A stretch of 63,437 nt of DNA from a virus (lineage: Duplodnaviria; Caudoviricetes). The position numbers and the translations under genes are program-made. The notes under the pieces are model-generated. The model ran no database searches and was not told where the DNA came from. It worked only from the letters and a program-made list of their open reading frames with translations. Shown one piece after another: positions 10,994 to 19,406 of this stretch. The number at the start of each line of letters is the position of its first letter. Position 1 is the first letter of the stretch. The stretch covers positions 1 through 63,437 of the IMG/VR virus record IMGVR_UViG_3300028925_005942. The stretch is one strand, 5' to 3'.

Positions 10994-11599
10994 TTATTGT
11001 CTATAATTAGTTTTAATTTTTCTGAATGCCTCCCAAGTACTTGATTGTAGTAGTAGTGGAGAGATGTCTATTTTTTTAGCCGTATATTTGAAACAATCCA
11101 CAAAGAAATTGTACTGAACCTTTGTCATTCCTTGATAATCGTCATTATTAGTCCATTTACCAAGACTAACTGATAAAGCGTGTCTATCAATAGTGATATT
11201 TTCGGTATTTGTAGGGTAAAGTATGTTCATATAGAAAGAACTTATCTTAGAGCCATTCAATATACCTAGTATATCAGTATCAGAACCTGATGATGATAGT
11301 ATTCCCTTTGCTTTATCCTCAAATTGTTTCATATGGTGGGACTGTCCTACTGAAATCATTTTTTCAGCACATATCATATTTTGACTCCAAGTTTTTACTG
11401 GAGAAAGTGCAGCGATTACCCCTACACATTTATTTACACTGATATTATACCTACCTGCTAGAGATTTAGCAAAGTTATTAGCATCTCCATACCAATCCCT
11501 TCTATCCTCTTGAGAGGAATTAAAGTAAAAACCAAGAATATTATTCTTAATTTTAGTTCTACTAAGCATTTCGCCCTTGTATATTTGTTTTGTTTTCAT
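10994..11599 (-). CDS. conserved phage protein, possibly HhH DNA glycosylase-like (DUF7178-like)
   Basis: WY...GVIAALSP...W..N...KISSFYMNI...ITIDRHA...LQSSTW. Confidence 0.6.
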   Translation of the reverse strand: MKTKQIYKGEMLSRTKIKNNILGFYFNSSQEDRRDWYGDANNFAKSLAGRYNISVNKCVGVIAALSPVKTWSQNMICAEKMISVGQSHHMKQFEDKAKGILSSSGSDTDILGILNGSKISSFYMNILYPTNTENITIDRHALSVSLGKWTNNDDYQGMTKVQYNFFVDCFKYTAKKIDISPLLLQSSTWEAFRKIKTNYRQ

Positions 11600-11601
11600 A
11601 A

Positions 11602-11679
11602 TTAGTAACCTATATATATTAGTAAAATAAATGCTAGTATTACTAGCAAGAGTTCTTGTATGTTAGATAATTTATACAT
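11602..11679 (-). CDS. small membrane peptide MYKLSNIQELLLVILAFILLIYIGY
   Basis: Read manually; fills the gap between genes; single hydrophobic helix. Confidence 0.55.
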   Translation of the reverse strand: MYKLSNIQELLLVILAFILLIYIGY

Positions 11680-11682
11680 AGT

Positions 11683-11769
11683 TTAATGTATAAAAGGGTT
11701 CATCATAATCATAATAATAAATGCTATTATTACTAGTGCTAGTTGCTGATTGTCTGATAATTTACTCAT
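11683..11769 (-). CDS. small membrane peptide MSKLSDNQQLALVIIAFIIMIMMNPFIH
   Basis: Read manually; similar to the adjacent peptide. Confidence 0.55.
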   Translation of the reverse strand: MSKLSDNQQLALVIIAFIIMIMMNPFIH

Positions 11770-12019
11770 CATATTTTCTTTTAGAATCGGCTTTATCCTC
11801 CTCGTTATTTTCTAGTTTTGTAGCATGATAGTCATTCGCATCTACTTTATCTTCAAACCACTCATCACATTCATCACAAATATATCCTTCAGGTTCAGCA
11901 TGGTCTAAGCAATCTAAATTCATACATATTCCTGAGTCTGATATTTCTGCATCACAGCAATAGCTCGTGGTAGCTGTTTCATAATCTTCCCCACAGCAAG
12001 GGCTTACTAAATTTCCCAT
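11762..12019 (-). CDS. Cys-rich zinc-finger-like hypothetical protein
   Basis: SPCCG...SYCCDA...CMNLDCLDH...CDEC. Confidence 0.6.
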   Translation of the reverse strand: MGNLVSPCCGEDYETATTSYCCDAEISDSGICMNLDCLDHAEPEGYICDECDEWFEDKVDANDYHATKLENNEEDKADSKRKYDE

Positions 12020-12021
12020 AA

Positions 12022-12276
12022 TTATTTATTGTTAGTTTGTTTTATAAATTCTACTACTACTTTGTATAACTCGTCTATGTTACAAGTAAGTAGAGCATCG
12101 TTCAACCTCATATAATCTATAGTGTCTGTGTTTCCAAATCGTTCAAAACACTCTATTACCACAGGCATCAGCCAATCCCAAGAGGTATTGTAAGGAAACT
12201 TATCATTTGTATAGTAGTCGTTTCCATAACCTATACTTGTACCCATAAATTCTGCTATTAGTTTGTTATTTTCCAT
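12022..12276 (-). CDS. hypothetical protein, paralog of 9780..10052
   Basis: Shared NKLIAEFM...SWDWLMPV motifs. Confidence 0.75.
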   Translation of the reverse strand: MENNKLIAEFMGTSIGYGNDYYTNDKFPYNTSWDWLMPVVIECFERFGNTDTIDYMRLNDALLTCNIDELYKVVVEFIKQTNNK

Positions 12277-12278
12277 AA

Positions 12279-14988
12279 TTATTCTTTATTAATATGTATT
12301 TCGTTAATCACTTCTTGGATATCTTCCACATCTTCTAGGTCGTTTATAAACTGAAGTAAGTCTACATTGCCTTTTAAACTGTAATTATCTAGAAATCTAT
12401 TGTAGTTATGCATAGATAAGTCTAGTATCATATCTATTAACTCTTGTGTTAATTTTTCTTCCATAATTTATTTATTTGGTAGGACTTGTCCTACGATGAT
12501 AGTTTTCAAATTCTATTTTTAAGGCATTTTCTTCATTATCTGATAGCCTTAGTAATCCTTGTGCGTATAGATTGTATAATTCAGAAATACTAGGGGTGTA
12601 CCCAAATTTTTCTTCATACCTTTTTATTATTGTTTCCATAATTTATTTTTTGGTAGGACTGTCCTACTGGTTAATAAGCTGAGATAGGTCTTGATTGATG
12701 CTCTTCATAATCAATTCCCATTTTATCAGCAAAATGTTTCTTTAGTTCCTCTCCGATACCATCTAAAATGCTATTGTCATCATCACTCACTTCATCTCTT
12801 TTGGTTTCTCTTCTCAATGTATCATTAACTGCAATACTTCCTAGCATACCACCTCCTAAGTAGTTTTGGTAGGCAGACATTTTCTCTCCCTCAAATCCAA
12901 ATGGAGTTAAGTCAATTTCAATACCACCACCTCTTGATGATAGTTTTTCCCTAATAATTTTAAATTCCATGATTATTGTTTTAAATTAATAATATTCTCT
13001 GTATTTGCGTCATGTATTTCCCAATCAAATAACATAATCATATCTGATAGAGTTAATGACTTAAATTCTTCTTCCTCAAGTCCTCCGTTATCTATTTCGT
13101 GAAAGCTATATAAATCACCTTCAATTTCTTTTAAATCGTCATAGATAATATGCCCTTCAGTACCTCCTTTATAATCGTGTAGTTGATTATCCCATAATTT
13201 ATATTTCTTTTTCATAGTTTTATTATCTTGATATTTCAATTATAGCTTCAGGGTATTCCTCACAAGCCTTTAGGTACGTCTCTACAAATTCTAAGAAATG
13301 TTCGTACATTCCCCAACCATTAGGGGAGTTGAACTGCTTAAAGTGTTCAGGTCTTAGTTTTAAATCCGTTAGCCCTAGTTTAAGTGGAGCTATTATATCT
13401 TTAGCCTTATCCCACTCTGACTCATCAGGTCTCCATAATGCCTTATATAAATCGCATTCATCAGCCATCTTAGTTAGATTATGAGTAGTCCCTCCATCAT
13501 AAATGCACTCAGATTCTTCTTTCCAAGTTTCTCCTTTATTGTAGCTTGTCCATTTCTGAACCCTTAATTCTATATATAAACCCATAATTATTATTTTAAA
13601 TTAAATTCTCCCAAATCATTTCCCCTTCTTTTTCAGTCTCAATCCCATCTTTATATATTTCATCTGATAGGCTATACTTAGTGCTTAGGAAAAAATCTAC
13701 TATCCTTTGCGTTTCTGTATTAGATATACAACCATAAGAAAAAATAGTTTTATCAGCATAACTGATGTACCATATCATTTGTATTGGAGGAAATAATTTA
13801 CCGCTTCCTTTTTGTCCGTGTAATTTAGTTCGGAACGATAATTTAAACCCCTCTTCACTGATAAGGGTATTATCCTGGTAATCTATCCAATTACAATTTT
13901 CTAACTTTACTATAAACTCATTCATATCTTAAAAATTTTAATTAATACTATTTTGGTAGGACTTGTCCTACGACTATTGACCACCAAACCATCCACCTTG
14001 ACAATGTTTCTGCATTGGTCTGCCTGTTCCTACATTGTACTGGGTACTAGCGCATGATGATAGTAATAGGATTATAATTATTAATGTCAGGTAGGCTGTC
14101 CCTACAACTGATGCTGGGTTATTTTCTGCTATTTTTTTCATTATCTTTGTATTTTTAGTCCGTGATTTTCCATATACTCTATCCAACTCATCAACTCATC
14201 AGTATTTTCAAATGTATTTAAACATTCATTGATACTCATATCTGTTGGAAATGGATTTTTATTCTCGTGTCTAAAGTATTGGTATGTATATTCGCCTACC
14301 TTTTCTGCTAAATAATAAGGGTACTGAACAAAACTTCTCACAATACTTGCTCTAATTTCTTTTCCATGTCCAAAGGCGATACTTCTTTTGTCGCACCACT
14401 TTTGTTTTCCTTGTGTACTTCTAATAATTGTAGTCATAATTCTTTTTTAATTTATTAGTATTTTAATTGTTATGATACTGAATGACATTGCTGTTACCAT
14501 CCACCATAGGAATGGTCGTTTACATTTAGTTGCGTCATTACTCCAAAAGTTTACATAATCTTTCATTAATTCTTTTTTCATCTTATTATCTTTAAATTAT
14601 TTCTCGTAGGACTGTCCTACTCGTTTCTTAAAAATTCTTTATCTAATTCCATCTGCATTTTAAAATTAGTATTCTTATTCATTCGACTACTCATAGGGCA
14701 ACTAGAGGTCTCTTGTGTATAGTACTCGGCTCTAGTATTGATTTCATGCACAAGTCCTTCAGGTGTCTTAATAACAAGATATAGCACCCCTCCAATTCTA
14801 TAATGATGTAAATTTCCCTTGCCTCGATTTTTTAGTTTCTTTCCGTTCCATTCCTCGACTATCCAACCCTTATTTTGAGGGATATACGGTGATGATAGTA
14901 TTTTAGTCTTCATTACTTTAGGAGGGCTTATTAATCCTTCAAGGATAAGTAACCTACGGAGTGATTTTTTAAATTCAGATTTTTTCAT
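12279..14988 (-). CDS. cluster of small early ORFs (12279-12464, 12472-12639, 12671-12970, 12973-13239, 13223-13585, 13596-13925, 13974-14186, 14141-14437, 14447-14581, 14617-14988)
   Basis: ORF track plus two manually read ORFs; 13974 ORF has a lipoprotein-like LLSSC motif. Confidence 0.65.
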
Positions 14989-15033
14989 TGCCTTATCTTT
15001 AAATTATTTTGGTAGGACTGTCCTACTAAATTT

Positions 15034-15098
15034 GTAGCCATAAAAGGAATCGAACCTTTAGCACCTATTATTTCAGCACCTTACCAAGTTAACGGCTA
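15034..15098 (-). ncRNA. degenerate tRNA-like element
   Basis: Acceptor-like stem TAGCCGT/ATGGCTA and T-arm AAAGG-TTCGATT-CCTTT; D and anticodon arms weak and short. Confidence 0.4.
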
Positions 15099-15149
15099 GT
15101 TATAAGAGGAATTTCAACCCCTTAGATTATTTGGTTTATCTAGTACTAC

Positions 15150-15605
15150 TTATGAAGCCGATACCTCTAGCATGATACTTTGTGCTAGTACTTTACCTAA
15201 TTGTTGTACTTCTTTTTGTGTCAAATCACAATTTTCGCTAGATAGTAACTCAACAATTTTGTCGAATGTACTTTTTTGACTACTTTTTGAAACATAATCG
15301 ACTAGAGAATATACCTTTGTCGTTCTATCGAATGCTAATTTTAAAGGGTTCAAATTCTCATCTTTAGTTGATACCCTCTTAATTGTCTTATTTAGCGTGT
15401 TAATTCGTTGGTCTTTACCACCTTGTTTGCTAGTAGTGTAGATGAAATTTGCCGTATCTACTAGTACTTTGCCATTCTCATCAGTTAAATTTGATAGGAC
15501 TTGTCCTACTAAACTAGCATTGTGCTTTGTCGCTAGTGTTAAAGTTGATACTAATTGTGCTACATTTGATTTAGGCGTAACTTTCCCATTGATTAATTTG
15601 CTCAT
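15150..15605 (-). CDS. hypothetical protein, first gene of the early leftward operon
   Basis: 151-aa ORF downstream of a -7-like element at 15654-15661. Confidence 0.7.
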   Translation of the reverse strand: MSKLINGKVTPKSNVAQLVSTLTLATKHNASLVGQVLSNLTDENGKVLVDTANFIYTTSKQGGKDQRINTLNKTIKRVSTKDENLNPLKLAFDRTTKVYSLVDYVSKSSQKSTFDKIVELLSSENCDLTQKEVQQLGKVLAQSIMLEVSAS

Positions 15606-15653
15606 AATTTTTGTTTTTTTGTTTTAGTTAAATTCGCTTTGTTAATTATAATG

Positions 15654-15661
15654 CAAGTATA
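15654..15661 (-). promoter_or_regulatory. putative early promoter -7 element (TATACTTG)
   Basis: One mismatch to Bacteroidota TAnnTTTG; about 50 nt upstream of ATG 15605. Confidence 0.5.
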
Positions 15662-15680
15662 CAGGTTTAAAATTAAGTGG

Positions 15681-16012
15681 TAACTAACTGATAATGAGAG
15701 GGTTAAAGCTAACTGCTTGATAATCAAGTACTTATAAGTATATGATAGTGAACCACTTAGCTATTTAGTAAAGTGTAAACATCGATTTTGGAAAATATAT
15801 GGTGTCATGTTGTAACTGCTTGATACTCAATAGGTTACAGAGGTAAAAAAGGTAATGATTATTTCAATTATTGCTAACTACTTGATAACCAATGATATAT
15901 AAGGTGTTGATTATCAATGCTTTAGCTATTTGTCAGTAACTTATTGACATTCTTATTTAGAATGACTATAAATAAGCAATTACTTTGTAAAGTACTGATT
16001 ATCAGGTGGTTA
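15681..16012. repeat. six 25-bp imperfect palindromes TAA-N4-YTGATnnTCAR-N4-TTA
   Basis: 15681-15705, 15710-15734, 15813-15837, 15875-15899, 15900-15924, 15988-16012. Confidence 0.8.
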
Positions 16013-16518
16013 CAGAGGTAAATTAAGTAATTAGCTAGATAAGACTAGGTATAGACTAGGTCTGTAACCCTAGTAGATGAGTTTTAAGGCGTTAACTAGT
16101 GTTTTTGATACTGATATACTGTAAAGAAGTTAGAAGGCTTTAGAAGTCCTTAAATGGATTATTTAGGGTGTGCCTAGAGTATATACTAATATATACTAGA
16201 ATTCCTAATTTTGTGCCAACATTTTATACAATAGTTTTCAACAAAAATAGAAGGGGGATTATCCCTCTCATCTTATGGTCTACCTTAAATAAAGTTTAGT
16301 CTTGTCTAAACATTAGTTTGTATAAACCGAAATCTAAAATTAGTTAAGGCTTAATTATAGATAAGGATTGCCTGAATATGGAAACAACCCCACCCCCCTA
16401 ATTAATTTCGTTTAGGTAAAAGGATTTGTATGGTGCTGTATAGTATATTATCCCACCCCTAAGTATAACTGGAATCTTTAATTAAATTCTCCACTGGTAT
16501 GTGTACTTTTTAACCAAG

Positions 16519-16652
16519 GTATGCATATGCATATGCAAGTGCATTGCTATAAGAATCAATATAGATATATATAGATATATATTATTATTATATAATACTA
16601 TTATATATTACTATATACTTTATATATTAATCTTATATATTAATATATAATA
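16519..16652 (+). repeat. iteron-like element copy 2 followed by an almost pure AT tract
   Basis: GTATGCATATGCATATGCAAGTGCATTGCTATAAG then about 95 nt of TA-rich sequence. Confidence 0.8.
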
Positions 16653-16809
16653 GGAATACAATGAATTAAAAATAAGTTACTGTAAGTGCTGTGTATATTA
16701 TTAGGGGTACCCATATTCACGTGAAGGGTACTGGCTCTGCGTGTAAGGGTGTAACGATATCTCCTTGGTATCAATACCCCCCAGTCTTGTGTGGAGCTCT
16801 TAGATGCAT

Positions 16810-16841
16810 AAAAAAACCCCAGAGGTATTAGCTCCAGGGTT
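16810..16841 (-). terminator. rho-independent terminator
   Basis: Minus strand AACCCTGGAG-CTAATAC-CTCTGGGGTT followed by a T-run, just after the 16846 stop. Confidence 0.75.
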
Positions 16842-16845
16842 ATCA

Positions 16846-17109
16846 TTATCTTTTTGATTTCTTACCTACACACTTCCATCTCTTGCGTGATAAGTTGTTT
16901 GGGGTGTTGGGGTCGTTTTGTTTCTTCTTGGATAATCCCATTTTAATTCCATAGCTTCTGGCACAATAAGCATCTCCCTTGGATGTTCCAGGTTTAACTC
17001 TTGCTCCACCTCCTTTAGCTTTTCCTGCTTGACCGTAACTAACTTTCTTTCCGCTAGCTGTAATCTTTACTTTAGCTTTTCCTTTTCTTGGTGTTCTTTT
17101 AGTAGCCAT
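16846..17109 (-). CDS. small basic phage protein (DUF6321-like)
   Basis: KKVSYGQAG...AYCARS...SRKRWKC; very K/R-rich. Confidence 0.7.
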   Translation of the reverse strand: MATKRTPRKGKAKVKITASGKKVSYGQAGKAKGGGARVKPGTSKGDAYCARSYGIKMGLSKKKQNDPNTPNNLSRKRWKCVGKKSKR

Positions 17110-17176
17110 AAGATGGTTTTTTCTTTTTAACTACCTTCTTTTTAACTACCTTCTTTTTCATTGGTTTATTTTTCAT
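17099..17176 (-). CDS. Lys-rich micro-protein MKNKPMKKKVVKKKVVKKKKPSYGY
   Basis: Read manually; 15-bp tandem repeat; overlaps the next start codon. Confidence 0.6.
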   Translation of the reverse strand: MKNKPMKKKVVKKKVVKKKKPSYGY

Positions 17177-17197
17177 ACTATAATTATTAATTAGTTA

Positions 17198-17479
17198 TTA
17201 CTTTCTGGTTCCTGTTCCAGATGATTTCCTGTTCTTAGGGTAGTTATGACTAGACCCTTTCTTTCTTCCTCCCTCTCCTGCTTTACCTCTGTTTGATTTA
17301 ACTGTTCTACAGACACAATTCGATGGAGCGTTGTTTCTTGGATTACCATCCTTATGATGAACCTCCTTACCAGCAGGGCATTTCTTCTTTCTTGCGGCAG
17401 CATTTCTGGCAGCTCTATCTTTCTTTGCTTTTGTGGAGCTTTGAAATTTCTTATATTCGTCTTTATAATCTCTAGCCAT
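17198..17479 (-). CDS. small basic HNH-like protein
   Basis: RDYKDEY...EVHHKDGNPRNNAPSNC...NR HNH pattern. Confidence 0.75.
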   Translation of the reverse strand: MARDYKDEYKKFQSSTKAKKDRAARNAAARKKKCPAGKEVHHKDGNPRNNAPSNCVCRTVKSNRGKAGEGGRKKGSSHNYPKNRKSSGTGTRK

Positions 17480-17544
17480 TATTTATTGCATTTACAAGGT
17501 TTACTTTTGCACTTCTTACACTTACTTGAACATCCACATCCCAT
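17479..17544 (-). CDS. Cys/Lys micro-protein MGCGCSSKCKKCKSKPCKCNK
   Basis: Read manually; first ORF after the promoter at 17569-17576; TAATG coupling to the HNH gene. Confidence 0.65.
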   Translation of the reverse strand: MGCGCSSKCKKCKSKPCKCNK

Positions 17545-17568
17545 AGTTAAATATTTTTAGTTAGAGTA

Positions 17569-17631
17569 CAAATATAGGTAAATAGTTTTTATTAACAAAC
17601 TAATTTCTTTTAAAATAATTTACTACATTTG
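17569..17631. promoter_or_regulatory. divergent Bacteroidota-type promoters
   Basis: TATATTTG on minus strand (17569-17576), TACATTTG on plus strand (17624-17631), TTATTAACA at 17589-17597. Confidence 0.7.
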
Positions 17632-17655
17632 TATTATAATTTAAAACAAAACAAA

Positions 17656-17910
17656 ATGTCAGAAGAAAAGAAAGGGCCTAATATGATATCTAAAGCTTGG
17701 AATCTAACTAAGGCTGTAACCAAATATGCAGCATACGGATTCAAGACAGTACCCGTATCAGTATACGAAACTAGAATGAAGGAATGTGATAAGTGTGAGC
17801 ATCTAATAAAAGATAAAGGAGCATGCGGAATGTGCGGATGTGACGTAGAACTAAAGGGTCAATGGTCAACTGAGAAGTGTCCAGATAACAGATGGAAAGC
17901 TACAGTATAA
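17656..17910 (+). CDS. Cys-rich protein (DUF6171-like)
   Basis: RMKECDKCEH...CGMCGC...KCPDNRW; ATG 17656 preferred because it lies downstream of the promoter. Confidence 0.65.
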   Translation: MSEEKKGPNMISKAWNLTKAVTKYAAYGFKTVPVSVYETRMKECDKCEHLIKDKGACGMCGCDVELKGQWSTEKCPDNRWKATV

Positions 17911-18185
17911 TGGAGATACCAACAGGACTAATAAGAAAAGTTATAGTTATGGCAGGAGACCGTGATATAACATACGTGAGAGGAAACTCAATAGCTAAGG
18001 GAGCAATTAAAATTGTAGACATCACCTTTGACCAAGCATATTCAATGCAATACAATAAACCTAGATACAATATCTACGTACAAGAGATAAACTCTGAGTT
18101 TACTAGACTATGGAAGTCAATACCAGCAGACCACTGCTTACCAGAATATGAATTAGGCATCGAAACAATTAAAGACAATGATTAA
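17892..18185 (+). CDS. hypothetical protein
   Basis: ORF track, overlaps both neighbours. Confidence 0.6.
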   Translation: MESYSIMEIPTGLIRKVIVMAGDRDITYVRGNSIAKGAIKIVDITFDQAYSMQYNKPRYNIYVQEINSEFTRLWKSIPADHCLPEYELGIETIKDND

Positions 18186-18762
18186 AGGAGTGTTCGGAAG
18201 TATGGTTTTAATAGAGCTAGAGAAAGAAACAGAAGATTCTAAAGTATTAGAGAATGGAACTGAGATATGGTTAGATACAGAGATAGATAGACTATGGCAT
18301 GCAAGGCAAAGCGGTATCGTTAGGTTTGCAGCTACCACATCTACCAAGCGAGTAGAAGATAACATCCAATTAAAAGATGGAGATAAGGTTTACTTCCACC
18401 ACTTTGTGATTAATAGTAAGATTGAATTAGATGGAGAGAAGTTCTACAAGGCAGATGTCAATCAGATATATGCTAAAGAAGATGAGAATGGGAATATCGT
18501 TATGCTCCAGGATTATATCTTTGTGGAGCCAGTCACAAACAGTGACCGCATCAAAACAGATTCAGGTATTACAATAGCACAAGAAGAAGAAATAGAGAAT
18601 GAAGGTATCGTTAGACATATCAATCAGTTCACGGAGAAAGTAATCGAAGTAGCCGTAGGCGATAGAATAGTATTTACAAAGCACTCCAATTACAAAATGA
18701 ATGTGGGAGATAAGAAGTACTATAGAATGAGAGACTACGATACCCTTGCGGTAATAGGATAA
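18178..18762 (+). CDS. tandem GroES-like co-chaperonin
   Basis: Two Cpn10-like halves: ...SGIV...LKDGDKVYF and DYIFVEP...TDSGI...GIV...VAVGDRIVF...YYRMRDYDTLAV. Confidence 0.75.
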   Translation: MIKGVFGSMVLIELEKETEDSKVLENGTEIWLDTEIDRLWHARQSGIVRFAATTSTKRVEDNIQLKDGDKVYFHHFVINSKIELDGEKFYKADVNQIYAKEDENGNIVMLQDYIFVEPVTNSDRIKTDSGITIAQEEEIENEGIVRHINQFTEKVIEVAVGDRIVFTKHSNYKMNVGDKKYYRMRDYDTLAVIG

Positions 18763-18764
18763 AC

Positions 18765-19064
18765 ATGGAAGAGAAGACAGAAATACAAATATACCTAGAG
18801 GAAACTTCGGCATCTCTACTAAGAGCAGCTAAGGCAGGAATAAAAACGCTTATAGCTGAGGTGTCAAGACCTATAGCTGATGATGTTCCAGATGAGAAGC
18901 GTAAGTCAGCCTTAGACTCCAAGAAGAAAGCTTTTATGGATGCACAAGAAATGATGTTAGCTTTAGCTGTACTAGATAGAAGTCTAAAGGGAGAGGTAGA
19001 AGTAGAAGATGACTTAACCGACAGACACTTTAAAAGAGGTGCTGCTGAAAAATTCGCTAAATAA
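18765..19064 (+). CDS. possible terminase small subunit
   Basis: Helical protein upstream of TerL; KKAFMDA...AEKFAK. Confidence 0.4.
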   Translation: MEEKTEIQIYLEETSASLLRAAKAGIKTLIAEVSRPIADDVPDEKRKSALDSKKKAFMDAQEMMLALAVLDRSLKGEVEVEDDLTDRHFKRGAAEKFAK

Positions 19065-19066
19065 TT

Positions 19067-19324
19067 ATGGAAGAGATGGAGAAATATAAAATGCAACAAG
19101 AGATATTAGAGGATACCATGTACTGGTCATACCTACTGATAACAAAACAAATGACTTTTGATGAGTTGTTAGATTCAGATGAAGACTTTGGTTTAATATA
19201 TAATCCAGATGACGAAGACTCTAATTTCGATGAGGCTATTGACACTCTTCTTGACTTTTTCATATACAGGGAAGAGTATGAAAAATGCCAAGACTTGGTT
19301 GACGTGAGAAAATTCTACAAATAA
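19067..19324 (+). CDS. hypothetical acidic protein
   Basis: ORF track; EEYEKC motif. Confidence 0.6.
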   Translation: MEEMEKYKMQQEILEDTMYWSYLLITKQMTFDELLDSDEDFGLIYNPDDEDSNFDEAIDTLLDFFIYREEYEKCQDLVDVRKFYK

Positions 19325-19346
19325 AAAAGGGGCTATCGCCCCTTTT
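19325..19346 (+). terminator. rho-independent terminator (possibly bidirectional)
   Basis: AAAAGGGGC-TATC-GCCCCTTTT. Confidence 0.8.
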
Positions 19347-19381
19347 ATACTTCAGGTCTAGTTTATATACTATTAATTCAC

Positions 19382-19389
19382 TATATTTG
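19382..19389 (+). promoter_or_regulatory. Bacteroidota -7 promoter element TATATTTG (same motif at 23755, 27228, 32956, 42615, 54477)
   Basis: Identical octamer followed by TA in six intergenic gaps just upstream of structural genes. Confidence 0.8.
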
Positions 19390-19406
19390 TAATATTAATT
19401 TAAGTA

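Larger units (their letters stand above)
11336..15509. repeat. dispersed palindrome GTAGGAC(T/TT)GTCCTAC, 8 copies here plus one at 3295-3310
   Basis: 11336-11350, 12479-12494, 12653-12667, 13956-13971, 14091-14105 (degenerate), 14606-14620, 15012-15026, 15494-15509. Confidence 0.9.

Noticed and set aside
15034-15098. Functional tRNA gene
   Set aside because: Too short, no convincing anticodon stem-loop and no CCA; kept only as tRNA-like
11336-15509. CRISPR array interpretation of the GTAGGAC palindromes
   Set aside because: Repeats are only 15-16 bp, spacing is irregular (about 120-1300 bp), they enclose whole genes, and no cas genes are present
16640-16846. 68-aa ORF on the minus strand
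   Set aside because: Starts inside a terminator hairpin and runs into the AT tract; composition is not protein-like
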